From positions 1 through 38,429 of the forward strand of contig JACPID010000023.1 of NCBI GenBank assembly GCA_016188265.1: 38,429 bases of DNA, in the 5' to 3' direction. The stretch comes from Candidatus Woesearchaeota archaeon. GTDB lineage: Archaea; Nanobdellota; Nanobdellia; Woesearchaeales; ARS49. Position 1 is the first letter of the stretch, and every line of letters starts with the position of its first letter. A model generated the notes under the pieces. That model saw only the letters and a list, made by a program, of their open reading frames with translations. It did not search any database and was not told the DNA's origin. Positions 7,287 through 16,242 of the stretch are shown here, one piece after another. The position numbers were made by a program, and so were the translations under genes.

Positions 7287-8083
7287 AAATTTTTAAGTAT
7301 AAAAAAGCAATTGATGAAGGAGTGCTTACAGTTATTGTTGTAATTATTGTCCTTGTATATCTTTCAACAGTTCTTTTAGCAAAGATTAATACATTTAAGG
7401 CTGTTATTGGCGAAGAACAAATTTCTATTCTTAATGCAGCTCAAGAAGCTCAAAAAACTCAATTATTTGTTCAGCTTGCAGGAAGATATTCTGTTGCTAA
7501 AGCAATTTTAGATCTTGCAGAAAATAATGGATTTTACAAACCAATTTGCGGAAAATATAATGATATTCCTTACTGGAATAAAGTAGAAGAGCCCAAAAAA
7601 CTGTGCTTTAATAATGTATATGAATCTGTTCAGTTATTTATTTTAGAAAGATTTAATCAGCTTGCTGAAAAAAAAGGCCTTTTGAAAAACCATTATGAAC
7701 TTTTTGTAGAAGATAATCATGTTGTTGGCGTTGCTCTTAAGCCTTATACTTTGACACTTGAAAAACCAAATGGAGCATACTCAGTTCCCCTAGGCTTTGA
7801 TGTTTTAATTAAAACTCGCTTTGATTTATATGCTTCTGTTCAAAAATATTCTGAAAATTTAATTAAGTCTTGCGCTGGAACTAAATCAAGCAATGCAGAG
7901 CGTGATGAATGCATTAAAAATGTTTTTACAGAAAAACTAGAAGAACAAGGAATAAGCTTAATCTATGAACAAGCTGACAGTAATAATTTTTTATTTACTG
8001 CTATTACAAATTTTAAGCCAGCTTATTCTAATAATTTTTTAGAGTGGAAACTTGCATTATTTTTACCTGTCAAGAACCACTAG
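7283..8083 (+). CDS. Pilin-like protein, class III signal peptide
   Basis: MKIFKYKKA/IDEGVLTVIVVIIVLVYLSTVLL; ATGA overlap with the previous gene. Confidence 0.75.
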   Translation: MKIFKYKKAIDEGVLTVIVVIIVLVYLSTVLLAKINTFKAVIGEEQISILNAAQEAQKTQLFVQLAGRYSVAKAILDLAENNGFYKPICGKYNDIPYWNKVEEPKKLCFNNVYESVQLFILERFNQLAEKKGLLKNHYELFVEDNHVVGVALKPYTLTLEKPNGAYSVPLGFDVLIKTRFDLYASVQKYSENLIKSCAGTKSSNAERDECIKNVFTEKLEEQGISLIYEQADSNNFLFTAITNFKPAYSNNFLEWKLALFLPVKNH

Positions 8084-8246
8084 TCAATAGACCAGTGGCA
8101 TGAAACTTCGGTTTTAGCATCCAGTGGTTCACAAGAAAATGCAACACATTTTCTGTGCACAGAAAATCTTCGATTTTCTAGTGCTTGAGCACACCAAGAT
8201 TCCACTACTAAACCGCTAATGAAACACTAGTGGAATCTTAGTGTTT
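8069..8246. mobile_element. Multi-hairpin non-coding element (IS200/IS605-end or REP-like, non-autonomous)
   Basis: GTCAAGAA-CCACTAGTC-AATA-GACCAGTGG start; 20-bp palindrome 8148-8167; AGAAAATC-TTC-GATTTTCT; stem 8192-8207/8228-8243 (15/16). Confidence 0.5.
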
Positions 8247-8316
8247 AAAGGTTGTTGAATAATCTAAGTAATATACCACATAAATCCTTAAAAATAATTG
8301 ATTTTTGTAATGTTTT

Positions 8317-9309
8317 ATGCTTAAAATCCCTTTTGAAGAGTTGCTTAATAAAATATCTGAAAAATCAGGCTTGTCTCAAGAGCAAATTCTTGAAAAAGTA
8401 AATCAAAAAATGGCTCAATTATCAGGACTTATTTCTAAAGAAGGCGCTGCTACAATAATTGCAAATGAATTAAATGTAAAACTTGTTGAGCATTCTGGAA
8501 AAATTAAAGACATTTATCCTGGAATGAAAAATGTTGGATTTTTAGGAAAAATAACTCAGGTTTTTGATGTTAAAGAATTTAATAGAAGCGATGGAAGTCC
8601 TGGATCAGTTGCAAGTTTTCTTGTTGGTGATGATACTGGCATTACTAAAGTTGTTTGTTGGGGTTCACAAACAAGCATTGTAAAACAATTAAAGCAAGAT
8701 GATATTGTTCATGTTAAAGGAGCTCTTGCAAAAGAAGGGCTTAGAGGATTTTGCGAAGTTCATATTAATGAAAGGGCACACATTAGTATAAATCCAAGTG
8801 GAGAAACTGTTGAACTAAAACAACCACTACACTTAAATGTTGAGAGAAAAAAACTCGAAGAATTAAATGAAAATGATTCTAGTGTTGAAGTTTTCGGAAC
8901 TGTACGCCAAGTTTTTGATCCTACTTTTTTTGAAGTATGCTCTCAATGCGGAAAACGTATAAAAGAAGAAAATAGTGTGTTTAATTGCCTTGAACATGGC
9001 ATTGTAACTCCAGACTATGCTTATGTCCTTAATTTGTATTTAGATGATGGAACTGCAAGTGTGAGAACAGTGCTTTTTAGAGATCAAGCTAATGATTTGT
9101 TAAAAAAATCAAAAGATGAAATTCTTGCTTTTAAAGATAATCCTCAAGCATTTGAGCAGATAAAAGTAGATCTTCTAGGTGAGCAGTTTAAAGTTGTTGG
9201 CAGAGTAAAAAAAAATACTTTTATGAATAGAATAGAGCTGATTGCCCAAAAACTTTTGCCAGGAGACCCTGCAGAAGAACTTGCGCGTTTAGAAAAGGTA
9301 TTAAAATGA
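8317..9309 (+). CDS. Replication protein A-like ssDNA-binding protein (DUF2240-type N-terminus, two OB folds, Zn finger)
   Basis: LSGLISKEGAATIIANELNV; GDDTG and LDDGTA OB motifs; CSQC...CLEH. Confidence 0.88.
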   Translation: MLKIPFEELLNKISEKSGLSQEQILEKVNQKMAQLSGLISKEGAATIIANELNVKLVEHSGKIKDIYPGMKNVGFLGKITQVFDVKEFNRSDGSPGSVASFLVGDDTGITKVVCWGSQTSIVKQLKQDDIVHVKGALAKEGLRGFCEVHINERAHISINPSGETVELKQPLHLNVERKKLEELNENDSSVEVFGTVRQVFDPTFFEVCSQCGKRIKEENSVFNCLEHGIVTPDYAYVLNLYLDDGTASVRTVLFRDQANDLLKKSKDEILAFKDNPQAFEQIKVDLLGEQFKVVGRVKKNTFMNRIELIAQKLLPGDPAEELARLEKVLK

Positions 9310-9641
9310 TAGAAGAAAAATCAAGTAGTTCAAGTTCATCAGAAGTATCTGTATTAAATTTATTTTTAGGTGTGGCTTCTTTGGGAGCAGGTGCTTATCA
9401 TGGTTACTGCGATGCTCAGGGAATTCCATTTGAAAAAGAAAATATGGAATGGGTACTTACATATGGTCCTGCTGTAGTTAGAGGAGCTGCTGGAGCAGAA
9501 ATTTCAGCCGGATTATCTGGAGTTCTTGTAGTTGCAGGAGCTAGTGCAGGAATTTGTGGAACTGTTGGAGCAGTAAAGGGTGGAATTCAAACACTAATTG
9601 GTTACGGAATAGGTTATGTGACTGGTTATGTTACTAAATAA
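9306..9641 (+). CDS. Small Gly/Ala-rich membrane protein (glycine-zipper-like)
   Basis: Repeated GxxxG motifs; ATGA overlap with the RPA gene. Confidence 0.65.
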   Translation: MIEEKSSSSSSSEVSVLNLFLGVASLGAGAYHGYCDAQGIPFEKENMEWVLTYGPAVVRGAAGAEISAGLSGVLVVAGASAGICGTVGAVKGGIQTLIGYGIGYVTGYVTK

Positions 9642-9697
9642 AATCTTCGGTTTTCTATAAATTTTCGAGCAACACAATTGCGAGACTATATTTTGCC

Positions 9698-10037
9698 CGA
9701 GATCAAATGATACGTGTCCATGCATTCACGTGCGTAATGGCGCTATTGTTCTTACGCCTGCTTGATCAAAAATCGAGATGAGCCCTGACCAAATTCTTGA
9801 CCAACTCAAAAAAATCAAATTGACAATTCTCAAAATGCCAAATACTGAAAAGTTAGTGACCAAGCTCACAAGACTCAATGACACACAAAGAGAACTCGTA
9901 AACTTGTTCAGTCGCCGACGATACACTTAAGAAAAACACCAGTTGGGTACTACTACTTCTCTATTTCAAAATATATCATTCTCCGACGACAAAATTCAAG
10001 AAATTTTTACGAACTCTTGCTAACTTGTAAACTCAGG
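9698..10037 (+). mobile_element. Remnant of an IS1634-like element: frameshifted transposase C-terminus plus probable right end
   Basis: RDQMIRVHAFTCVMALLFLRLL / IEMSPDQILDQLKKIK...TQRELVNLF* (9698-9930, one frameshift); higher GC; ends in ...GTAAACTCAGG. Confidence 0.72.
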
Positions 10038-10116
10038 TTCTAATTAATCACGTAGTTACTTAAAAGTAGTACTTTTACCGTAATATTTATAAAGGCTTAT
10101 TGTTATTTACTACTCT

Positions 10117-10638
10117 ATGGGGGTTATTAAACTAATATCAGGGGTTATGCTATTATTAGCTGTATTCATAACTGGAATTGTAGCTGCACCATACTTTTCA
10201 GAATACTCTAATAAAACAACACCCAAATACCAAACTATTAATTTCGAAGAGCCAAAAATAAACGGCTTAGAACATCCTTCTCCAAAAGACCGTATTAAAG
10301 AAGACCAAATAAAAGTTTATAATGACAGAATAGTAATATATGCAAAAGATCCATTGTGGGCTAAATTCACTGATACTAATAGCATGGATCCTGTTTTTGA
10401 TGCTGGATCAAATGCCTTGCAATTAAAACCATCTTCTGAAACAGATATTGAAATTGGAGATATCATATCATATGAAAATGAGTACAGTGACAGCATTATT
10501 ATTCACAGAATTATTAATATTGGCTATGATGAAACTGGCTGGTATGCAATTGCAAAAGGAGATAATAATTCAGCTGCAGATCCTGGAAAAATAAGATTCA
10601 ACCAAATTAAAAAAGTATTATTCGGCATAATATACTAA
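10117..10638 (+). CDS. Signal peptidase I-like S26 peptidase
   Basis: N-terminal TM; TNSMDP (catalytic Ser), GDIISY, IIHRI (His), KGDNN. Confidence 0.85.
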   Translation: MGVIKLISGVMLLLAVFITGIVAAPYFSEYSNKTTPKYQTINFEEPKINGLEHPSPKDRIKEDQIKVYNDRIVIYAKDPLWAKFTDTNSMDPVFDAGSNALQLKPSSETDIEIGDIISYENEYSDSIIIHRIINIGYDETGWYAIAKGDNNSAADPGKIRFNQIKKVLFGIIY

Positions 10639-10640
10639 TA

Positions 10641-11723
10641 ATGAAAAAAACACGTAAAAATAATACTGCATCTAAAGGATTAATTTCAATAGTTGAAAAA
10701 TTAACCAGTGTAAGATCAGAAATTCACAACAAATTATGTGAAGAATTACTTGCTGACTGGAAAAGAAATAATGATTTAACCTCAATATTATTACATGATA
10801 TGCGCTCACAAATCACAGTTATAAATTTAGGCTGTGAAACTTATTTATATGAATTAGAAAACAATGCTGAAACAAATTATTTAAGAAAAATAAGAAACTT
10901 AGGAAACAGTTTTTCAAACTTAATGAATATACTAACAGATGCTATAAGTAAATATCCATTAAATGAAGAATTAAAACAATTTGCAGAAAAAACTGAAAAT
11001 TTCAATTATAACTCAATTGAATCAATTAATAATATTAAAAATAAAAACAAAAAATTTCTATCAAGCATACTAAACTGCACTGTTCATTCAGCAAAAATTT
11101 ATTTAAATGATATCAGATCTTCTTTCAACACCTTTGAAAAATCTATACAAAATTCAAACCATAATAACTCAGAATTAATTTCAATGATTAAAAAAGAAAT
11201 TGATAAAGAATTTTCTATACATAATATATGTGAATTTAAACAAAAAATTACTTCAAACCATTTAAACCTAGCAGGTGAAATTAAAAAAGCATATAAAGAA
11301 TTAGAACTGCTTTCAAATATTAAAAAATCAAACTTGATTTGTATTTTACCTGAAAATATCTTAGTTGATGTTAATGGCTTTATTTTACAAAGAACATTAC
11401 TAAACCTATTTTCTAATGCGCTAAAATATAGTTATGAAAAAACAGACATTGAAGTAACTGGAAAAAAATTAGATAACAATACTTATGAATTATTAATAAA
11501 AAATCAAGGCATTGGAATTCCAGAAAAAGACAGAAATAAATTAATTGAACAGCCTATACAAGCAAGCAACAACCCTTACAAACATGATATTTCCAAATCA
11601 AAAGGCATAGGATTAAACAAGCTTTCACAATTATGGGAACCGTATGGTAAAATCTTTCTCAAAGAATCAGAAGAAAATAAATATGCGATTTTTGGAATAA
11701 CCATCCCATTAAAGAAATATTAA
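10641..11723 (+). CDS. Cytoplasmic histidine kinase (HisKA-like plus HATPase), no sensor domain
   Basis: LHDMRSQI H-box-like; N-box NLFSNALKYS; G1 NQGIGIP; G2 KGIGL. Confidence 0.8.
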   Translation: MKKTRKNNTASKGLISIVEKLTSVRSEIHNKLCEELLADWKRNNDLTSILLHDMRSQITVINLGCETYLYELENNAETNYLRKIRNLGNSFSNLMNILTDAISKYPLNEELKQFAEKTENFNYNSIESINNIKNKNKKFLSSILNCTVHSAKIYLNDIRSSFNTFEKSIQNSNHNNSELISMIKKEIDKEFSIHNICEFKQKITSNHLNLAGEIKKAYKELELLSNIKKSNLICILPENILVDVNGFILQRTLLNLFSNALKYSYEKTDIEVTGKKLDNNTYELLIKNQGIGIPEKDRNKLIEQPIQASNNPYKHDISKSKGIGLNKLSQLWEPYGKIFLKESEENKYAIFGITIPLKKY

Positions 11724-11761
11724 AGATAACTTTATTTAGAATAAAACACTAATATATTATT

Positions 11762-12235
11762 ATGCTTGCTAGAACTCATCTTGCATTTGCTTTATTACTA
11801 GGAGTGTTCATATTCCCAGGGCTTAATTTTAATTCATTAATAGAATATACTACATTCTACTTATTGCTTGCTTTTGCTGTTTTCTTGCCTGATATCGACC
11901 ATCCAAATTCTAAAATAAACACAAAACTTCCTTTTTTAAAAATAGCCTCATTATTTTTTTCACACAGAGGATTTTTACACTCTATTTTTGCTCCTATTTT
12001 AATCGGAGGAATAGCATACATTAATGCTGGTTTATTATTTGCCCTCCCGATCTTTTTAGGATATTTTGCACACTTACTTGCAGACGCAATAACCATCAAT
12101 GGAATTGCTCCTTTTTACCCAATAATAAAATTTAAATTCAAAGGACCTGTACGTACCGGACACAATTTAGAATTTTTTTTATTTTATATCACAATTGGCT
12201 TAACTGTATTTAGAATATACTTTTTGATTTTTTAG
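11762..12235 (+). CDS. Membrane metal-dependent hydrolase, YdjM/DUF457 family
   Basis: THLAF, LPDIDHP, HRGFLHS, HLLAD motifs. Confidence 0.88.
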   Translation: MLARTHLAFALLLGVFIFPGLNFNSLIEYTTFYLLLAFAVFLPDIDHPNSKINTKLPFLKIASLFFSHRGFLHSIFAPILIGGIAYINAGLLFALPIFLGYFAHLLADAITINGIAPFYPIIKFKFKGPVRTGHNLEFFLFYITIGLTVFRIYFLIF

Positions 12236-12244
12236 AAAAAAACA

Positions 12245-13516
12245 TTAATAAAGTGATAAAGATAATAATCTTAAACGAATTGCCCTGCTCTCAAGCGATT
12301 CATCATCATTTAATCCATCAAATAATAAAAATACAGGCAACGGAGATTGCTGTGAATGCTTTAGAAAAACCAGTGTTTGCACCTGAAGCCTATGCAATGC
12401 CCTCCAAAGTTTTGAATGCTTAAGCGCAAACTCAATAGAAAGCTCAATTGGCGATGCATTTTCACCAAGCAAGCTACCAAAATCAGTTAATTCAAACAAT
12501 TCATAAGAATAATCTGTGTTAATAACTTTAAATAATTCATACTCAAAAGACAAAGGCATTTCAGGATTTTTCCCATTTATTAATAATCGCAGTTTTTCAA
12601 CATGTTCTTCAAGTGTTATTGCTCCATCATAAAACATCACTCCATTTTGCTTGTTTTTTTGTATATACTCATACTCTTCAGCAGCACTGCGTAAAAAACC
12701 ACCTATAAATCCAAGATTCACTGTATCATAAATTATATCAAAGGTTTTTGCAGAAAGCCAATCAACACAACGATCCTCAAGACATGCAACCAAAATCAAC
12801 TTTTCACCATCACGCTCATTAAACTTTGCACGACGCTCCATAACATCAATAATATAATCTTTTTCAAGATTCTTCAGATCTTTCACAACATTGATTTGAG
12901 GAAGTAAGATTTTTTGCACATCACTTCTATAATTCATAAGAAGCCTATCTTTAGCAACATGATATTCTAGAGATTTATTAATATACAATGATGATGTAAA
13001 AATAGATATAAAAAGTACTGCCAAAACCAACCATACTAAACTTTTTATTAAAGAATGCCACGCACCCTTTTTACAATCATGAACAGCATATTTAAACAAC
13101 ACTCTTTCATAATGCATAATTGAAAGAAAAAAAACAAACAACACAGGAAAAATTGTTAAAAAAAGAACAACCAAACTTAAATGAAACCAAGGCATTAAAG
13201 TAAAAATAACATAAGGCCAAATCCAGGCAAATATTAATGTAATTGTTGAAGAAACAGCCACAATATAAAAAAACTTATAAAACAAGCCCCATGTTTTTTT
13301 ATCAAACATTACTGCTTTTCTTTCATGAAGTGCACAAATAATTGATATCACACCAAAAATAAGAACACCCAACAATACTGTTTTCCAAATACTAAAAAAC
13401 AAAAAACATAAAACAATAAAGCTTAATACAATTCCTAAAATAAGTTTTTTTTCACTTCCTAATCTAACATGCTTAAGCAAGAGCTTACGCTTGCTTTTCA
13501 CCCCTTTTTTTACCAT
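12245..13516 (-). CDS. Hypothetical membrane protein (about 5 N-terminal TM helices plus soluble C-terminus)
   Basis: 423-aa ORF with a hydrophobic N-terminal half; no recognised motif. Confidence 0.75.
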   Translation of the reverse strand: MVKKGVKSKRKLLLKHVRLGSEKKLILGIVLSFIVLCFLFFSIWKTVLLGVLIFGVISIICALHERKAVMFDKKTWGLFYKFFYIVAVSSTITLIFAWIWPYVIFTLMPWFHLSLVVLFLTIFPVLFVFFLSIMHYERVLFKYAVHDCKKGAWHSLIKSLVWLVLAVLFISIFTSSLYINKSLEYHVAKDRLLMNYRSDVQKILLPQINVVKDLKNLEKDYIIDVMERRAKFNERDGEKLILVACLEDRCVDWLSAKTFDIIYDTVNLGFIGGFLRSAAEEYEYIQKNKQNGVMFYDGAITLEEHVEKLRLLINGKNPEMPLSFEYELFKVINTDYSYELFELTDFGSLLGENASPIELSIEFALKHSKLWRALHRLQVQTLVFLKHSQQSPLPVFLLFDGLNDDESLESRAIRLRLLSLSLY

Positions 13517-13672
13517 ATTACTAACATTAAAATAAAAGGAATTTATAATATTTTTGTTTTACACTGAAACAAACCACTGGACACTGGACACATGTGCGTG
13601 TGAAGTATTTAAACAAACCTCACTTTAAAGATCTTACTCAGGAGAAAAAAACAAAAATGGTGAGAAAAAAAA

Positions 13673-13948
13673 ATGGAACAAGCAAACCTTGAAGAAAAAA
13701 AACCAGAAAAAAAATACCGCACAGGAGCAATATCTGCAACAATATGGAAAAACCAACAATTAAAAGATGGAAAAGCATTCTCTTTCCATTCAATAAGCAT
13801 AGAACGCAGCTTTAAAAACAAAGAAGGAGAATGGCAAAGCACCAACTCTTTCAAAGCAACAGACCTACCTAAAGTCGCACTCCTAGTTGACGAAGCATAC
13901 AAATACGTACTCCTTCAAAACCCAACAACAAACCCCATTCAAGAATGA
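13673..13948 (+). CDS. Conserved small hypothetical protein, possibly nucleic-acid binding
   Basis: GAISATIWKN...ERSFKNKEGEWQSTNSF..DLP pattern; GGTGAG SD upstream; precedes radA. Confidence 0.8.
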   Translation: MEQANLEEKKPEKKYRTGAISATIWKNQQLKDGKAFSFHSISIERSFKNKEGEWQSTNSFKATDLPKVALLVDEAYKYVLLQNPTTNPIQE

Positions 13949-14024
13949 ACTTAATCCTTCTTCATAACAATTACAACCTAGAAATAATTATAAAAATGAA
14001 AAACCAAATAGTACAAGAACTATA

Positions 14025-15065
14025 ATGGTTGATCATAAAAAAAAAACTCAAAAAGAGGAAAATGAAATGGAACAAGAACTAGAACAACCAGAAGAAACAA
14101 CAGAAAACAGCACAAATAAAAAAATACAATCAATCTCAGATCTTCCAGGCATAGGAGCAGCAACTATTGAAAAACTTGAAAAATCAGGCTTCACAGACCT
14201 TATGAGCATCGCAGTTGCAACACCAGGAGAATTAGTTGGCGCCACAGAAATGAGCGAAGCAACTGCAAAAAAAGTCATAAGCATTGCTAGATCCAATCTT
14301 GAAATGAATTTTGAAAGTGGCGAAGAAATACTAAGAAAACGAGAAAGCATTAACAAAATAACAACAGGCAGCAAAGAACTTGACAAACTATTAGGCGGCG
14401 GTTTTGAAACAGCAGCAATAACAGAATGCTTTGGACAATACGGAAGCGGCAAATCACAAATAGCACACGTATTATCTGTAAGATGCCAACTACCCACAGA
14501 AAAAGGCGGTGCTGGAGGAATGGTAGTTTTTATTGATACTGAAAACACATTTCGCCCAGAAAGAATTGTTCAAATATCCAAAGGACTAAACCTAGACCAA
14601 GAACAAGTTTTAAAAAACATAAAAGTAGCAAGAGCATTTAACAGCGACCACCAAATGCTTTTAGCAGAAAAAGTTGAAGACCTAATAAAAAAACAAAAAC
14701 TACCAATAAAACTATTAATTGTTGACTCTTTAACAGCTCATTTTAGAGCAGAATTTATTGGAAGAGGCACACTTGCAGAAAGACAACAAAAAATTAACAA
14801 ACACATGCACACATTAATGAAACTAGCAGATAAATACAATTTTGCAGTATACGTAACAAACCAAGTTATGTCAAAACCAGATGTTTTTTTCGGAGACCCA
14901 ACAGAAGCAATAGGAGGACATATTGTAGCACACAACAGCACTTACAGAATATACCTCCGCAGAGGCAAAAAAGGAAGCCGTGTTGCAAAAATGGTTGACA
15001 GCCCAAACATGCCAGAATCAGAAGCAATATTCTTTGTTGAAGAAAAAGGAATAAAAGACGCTTAA
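14025..15065 (+). CDS. radA: DNA repair and recombination protein RadA
   Basis: HhH N-terminus (DLPGIG), [36 protein letters not shown]. Confidence 0.97.
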   Translation: MVDHKKKTQKEENEMEQELEQPEETTENSTNKKIQSISDLPGIGAATIEKLEKSGFTDLMSIAVATPGELVGATEMSEATAKKVISIARSNLEMNFESGEEILRKRESINKITTGSKELDKLLGGGFETAAITECFGQYGSGKSQIAHVLSVRCQLPTEKGGAGGMVVFIDTENTFRPERIVQISKGLNLDQEQVLKNIKVARAFNSDHQMLLAEKVEDLIKKQKLPIKLLIVDSLTAHFRAEFIGRGTLAERQQKINKHMHTLMKLADKYNFAVYVTNQVMSKPDVFFGDPTEAIGGHIVAHNSTYRIYLRRGKKGSRVAKMVDSPNMPESEAIFFVEEKGIKDA

Positions 15066-15179
15066 CAATCAAATATAAAAGCACATACATTTAAATACAA
15101 GTAATAATTACAACCAATCACGCATGTAGAAATTCTCTACATACAAAATAAAATATGAATAGCGAGGGTGATTAAATAT

Positions 15180-15545
15180 ATGGAAAGACGTTCTAGATTT
15201 AGATCTGGTCCTAGACCGCAATTCAGGAGTTTTGCCCCTGTTAAAGTTGGTGATGAATTAGATGTCACCATAGAAAGTGTAGGCGAAAAAGGAGACGGCA
15301 TAGCAAAAAAAGATGGCTTTGTTTTAATTATTCCTAAAACAAAACAAAACGACCACGTAAGAGTTCGCGTATCTAAAGTCTTACGAAAAGTAGGATTTGC
15401 TGAAGTTGTAGGAGAAGCTTCAGGAGCACCTTCCGAAGAACAACCTTCTGAAGAAGCAACTGAAGAAGTAGAAGAAGTTACTGAAGAACAAGAAGAAGAA
15501 CCTCAACAAGATTCAGAAGATTTTGGAGAAGATCTTGAAGAATAA
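15180..15545 (+). CDS. TRAM-domain RNA-binding protein with acidic tail
   Basis: APVKVGDELDVTIESVGEKGDGIAKKDGFVLI; GGGTGA SD before ATG 15180. Confidence 0.9.
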   Translation: MERRSRFRSGPRPQFRSFAPVKVGDELDVTIESVGEKGDGIAKKDGFVLIIPKTKQNDHVRVRVSKVLRKVGFAEVVGEASGAPSEEQPSEEATEEVEEVTEEQEEEPQQDSEDFGEDLEE

Positions 15546-15593
15546 TTAAAGTGCCATAAACACTTTTATACTAATTCTTTTTTTTATTATTTT

Positions 15594-16136
15594 ATGAGAT
15601 GTTTCATTGCATTTGACATACCTGAAAAGTATTATAATTATTTACAAGATATTCAAAACCAACTAAAAAAAAATTGCAAAGGTACAACTCCTTACTCATT
15701 TCATCTAACACTTAAATTTCTCGGCAATATCAATGAGAAAAAACTTGACATAATTCAAAAAGAACTTAATTTAATTGAGCATAAATCATTCAAAGCTCAA
15801 TTTTCAAACTTAGGAGCATTTCCCAGCATTTCTTCTCCACGGGTTATTTGGATTGGTTTAGAACCTTACAAAATAATTCAAGAACTTCAACAAAAAATAG
15901 AACAAACACTTAATTATTATTCTAAATTTTCAGAGCGCTTTCACCCTCATATAACTTTAATGCGAGTAAAAAATGTTGAAAACAAAGCAAAACTAAAAGA
16001 ATTTTTACAAACAAAACAAGAACAATACTCTTTTCAAGTATCTTATTTTACACTTTACCAGAGCAAACCTTCTGATAAAAAACACATATACATTCCTTTA
16101 CAAACTTACAAATTAGAGAATAAAGCAAATATTTAA
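15594..16136 (+). CDS. thpR: RNA 2',3'-cyclic phosphodiesterase (2H family)
   Basis: MRCFIAFD, HLTLKFLG, PRVIW, PHITL: two HxT motifs. Confidence 0.92.
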   Translation: MRCFIAFDIPEKYYNYLQDIQNQLKKNCKGTTPYSFHLTLKFLGNINEKKLDIIQKELNLIEHKSFKAQFSNLGAFPSISSPRVIWIGLEPYKIIQELQQKIEQTLNYYSKFSERFHPHITLMRVKNVENKAKLKEFLQTKQEQYSFQVSYFTLYQSKPSDKKHIYIPLQTYKLENKANI

Positions 16137-16242
16137 AAAGCAGCCTGTATTTCTTGTTTATAATACCAAAAGTCTTTACATTACTTGTGTAAAGATATTA
16201 AGCTGTTGAGGTTATGAAAAAATACAGCAGAAGAGATTATCT

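Noticed and set aside
9306..9641. Bacteriocin or pore-forming toxin call for the glycine-zipper protein
   Set aside because: GxxxG richness alone is unspecific; no leader, transporter or immunity gene nearby.
9726..9926. 66-aa minus-strand ORF
   Set aside because: Antisense shadow of the transposase relic.
13560..13620. Replication origin at the CACTGGA tandem
   Set aside because: No ORB-like G-string repeats and no cdc6/orc1 in the window; the repeat is too short.
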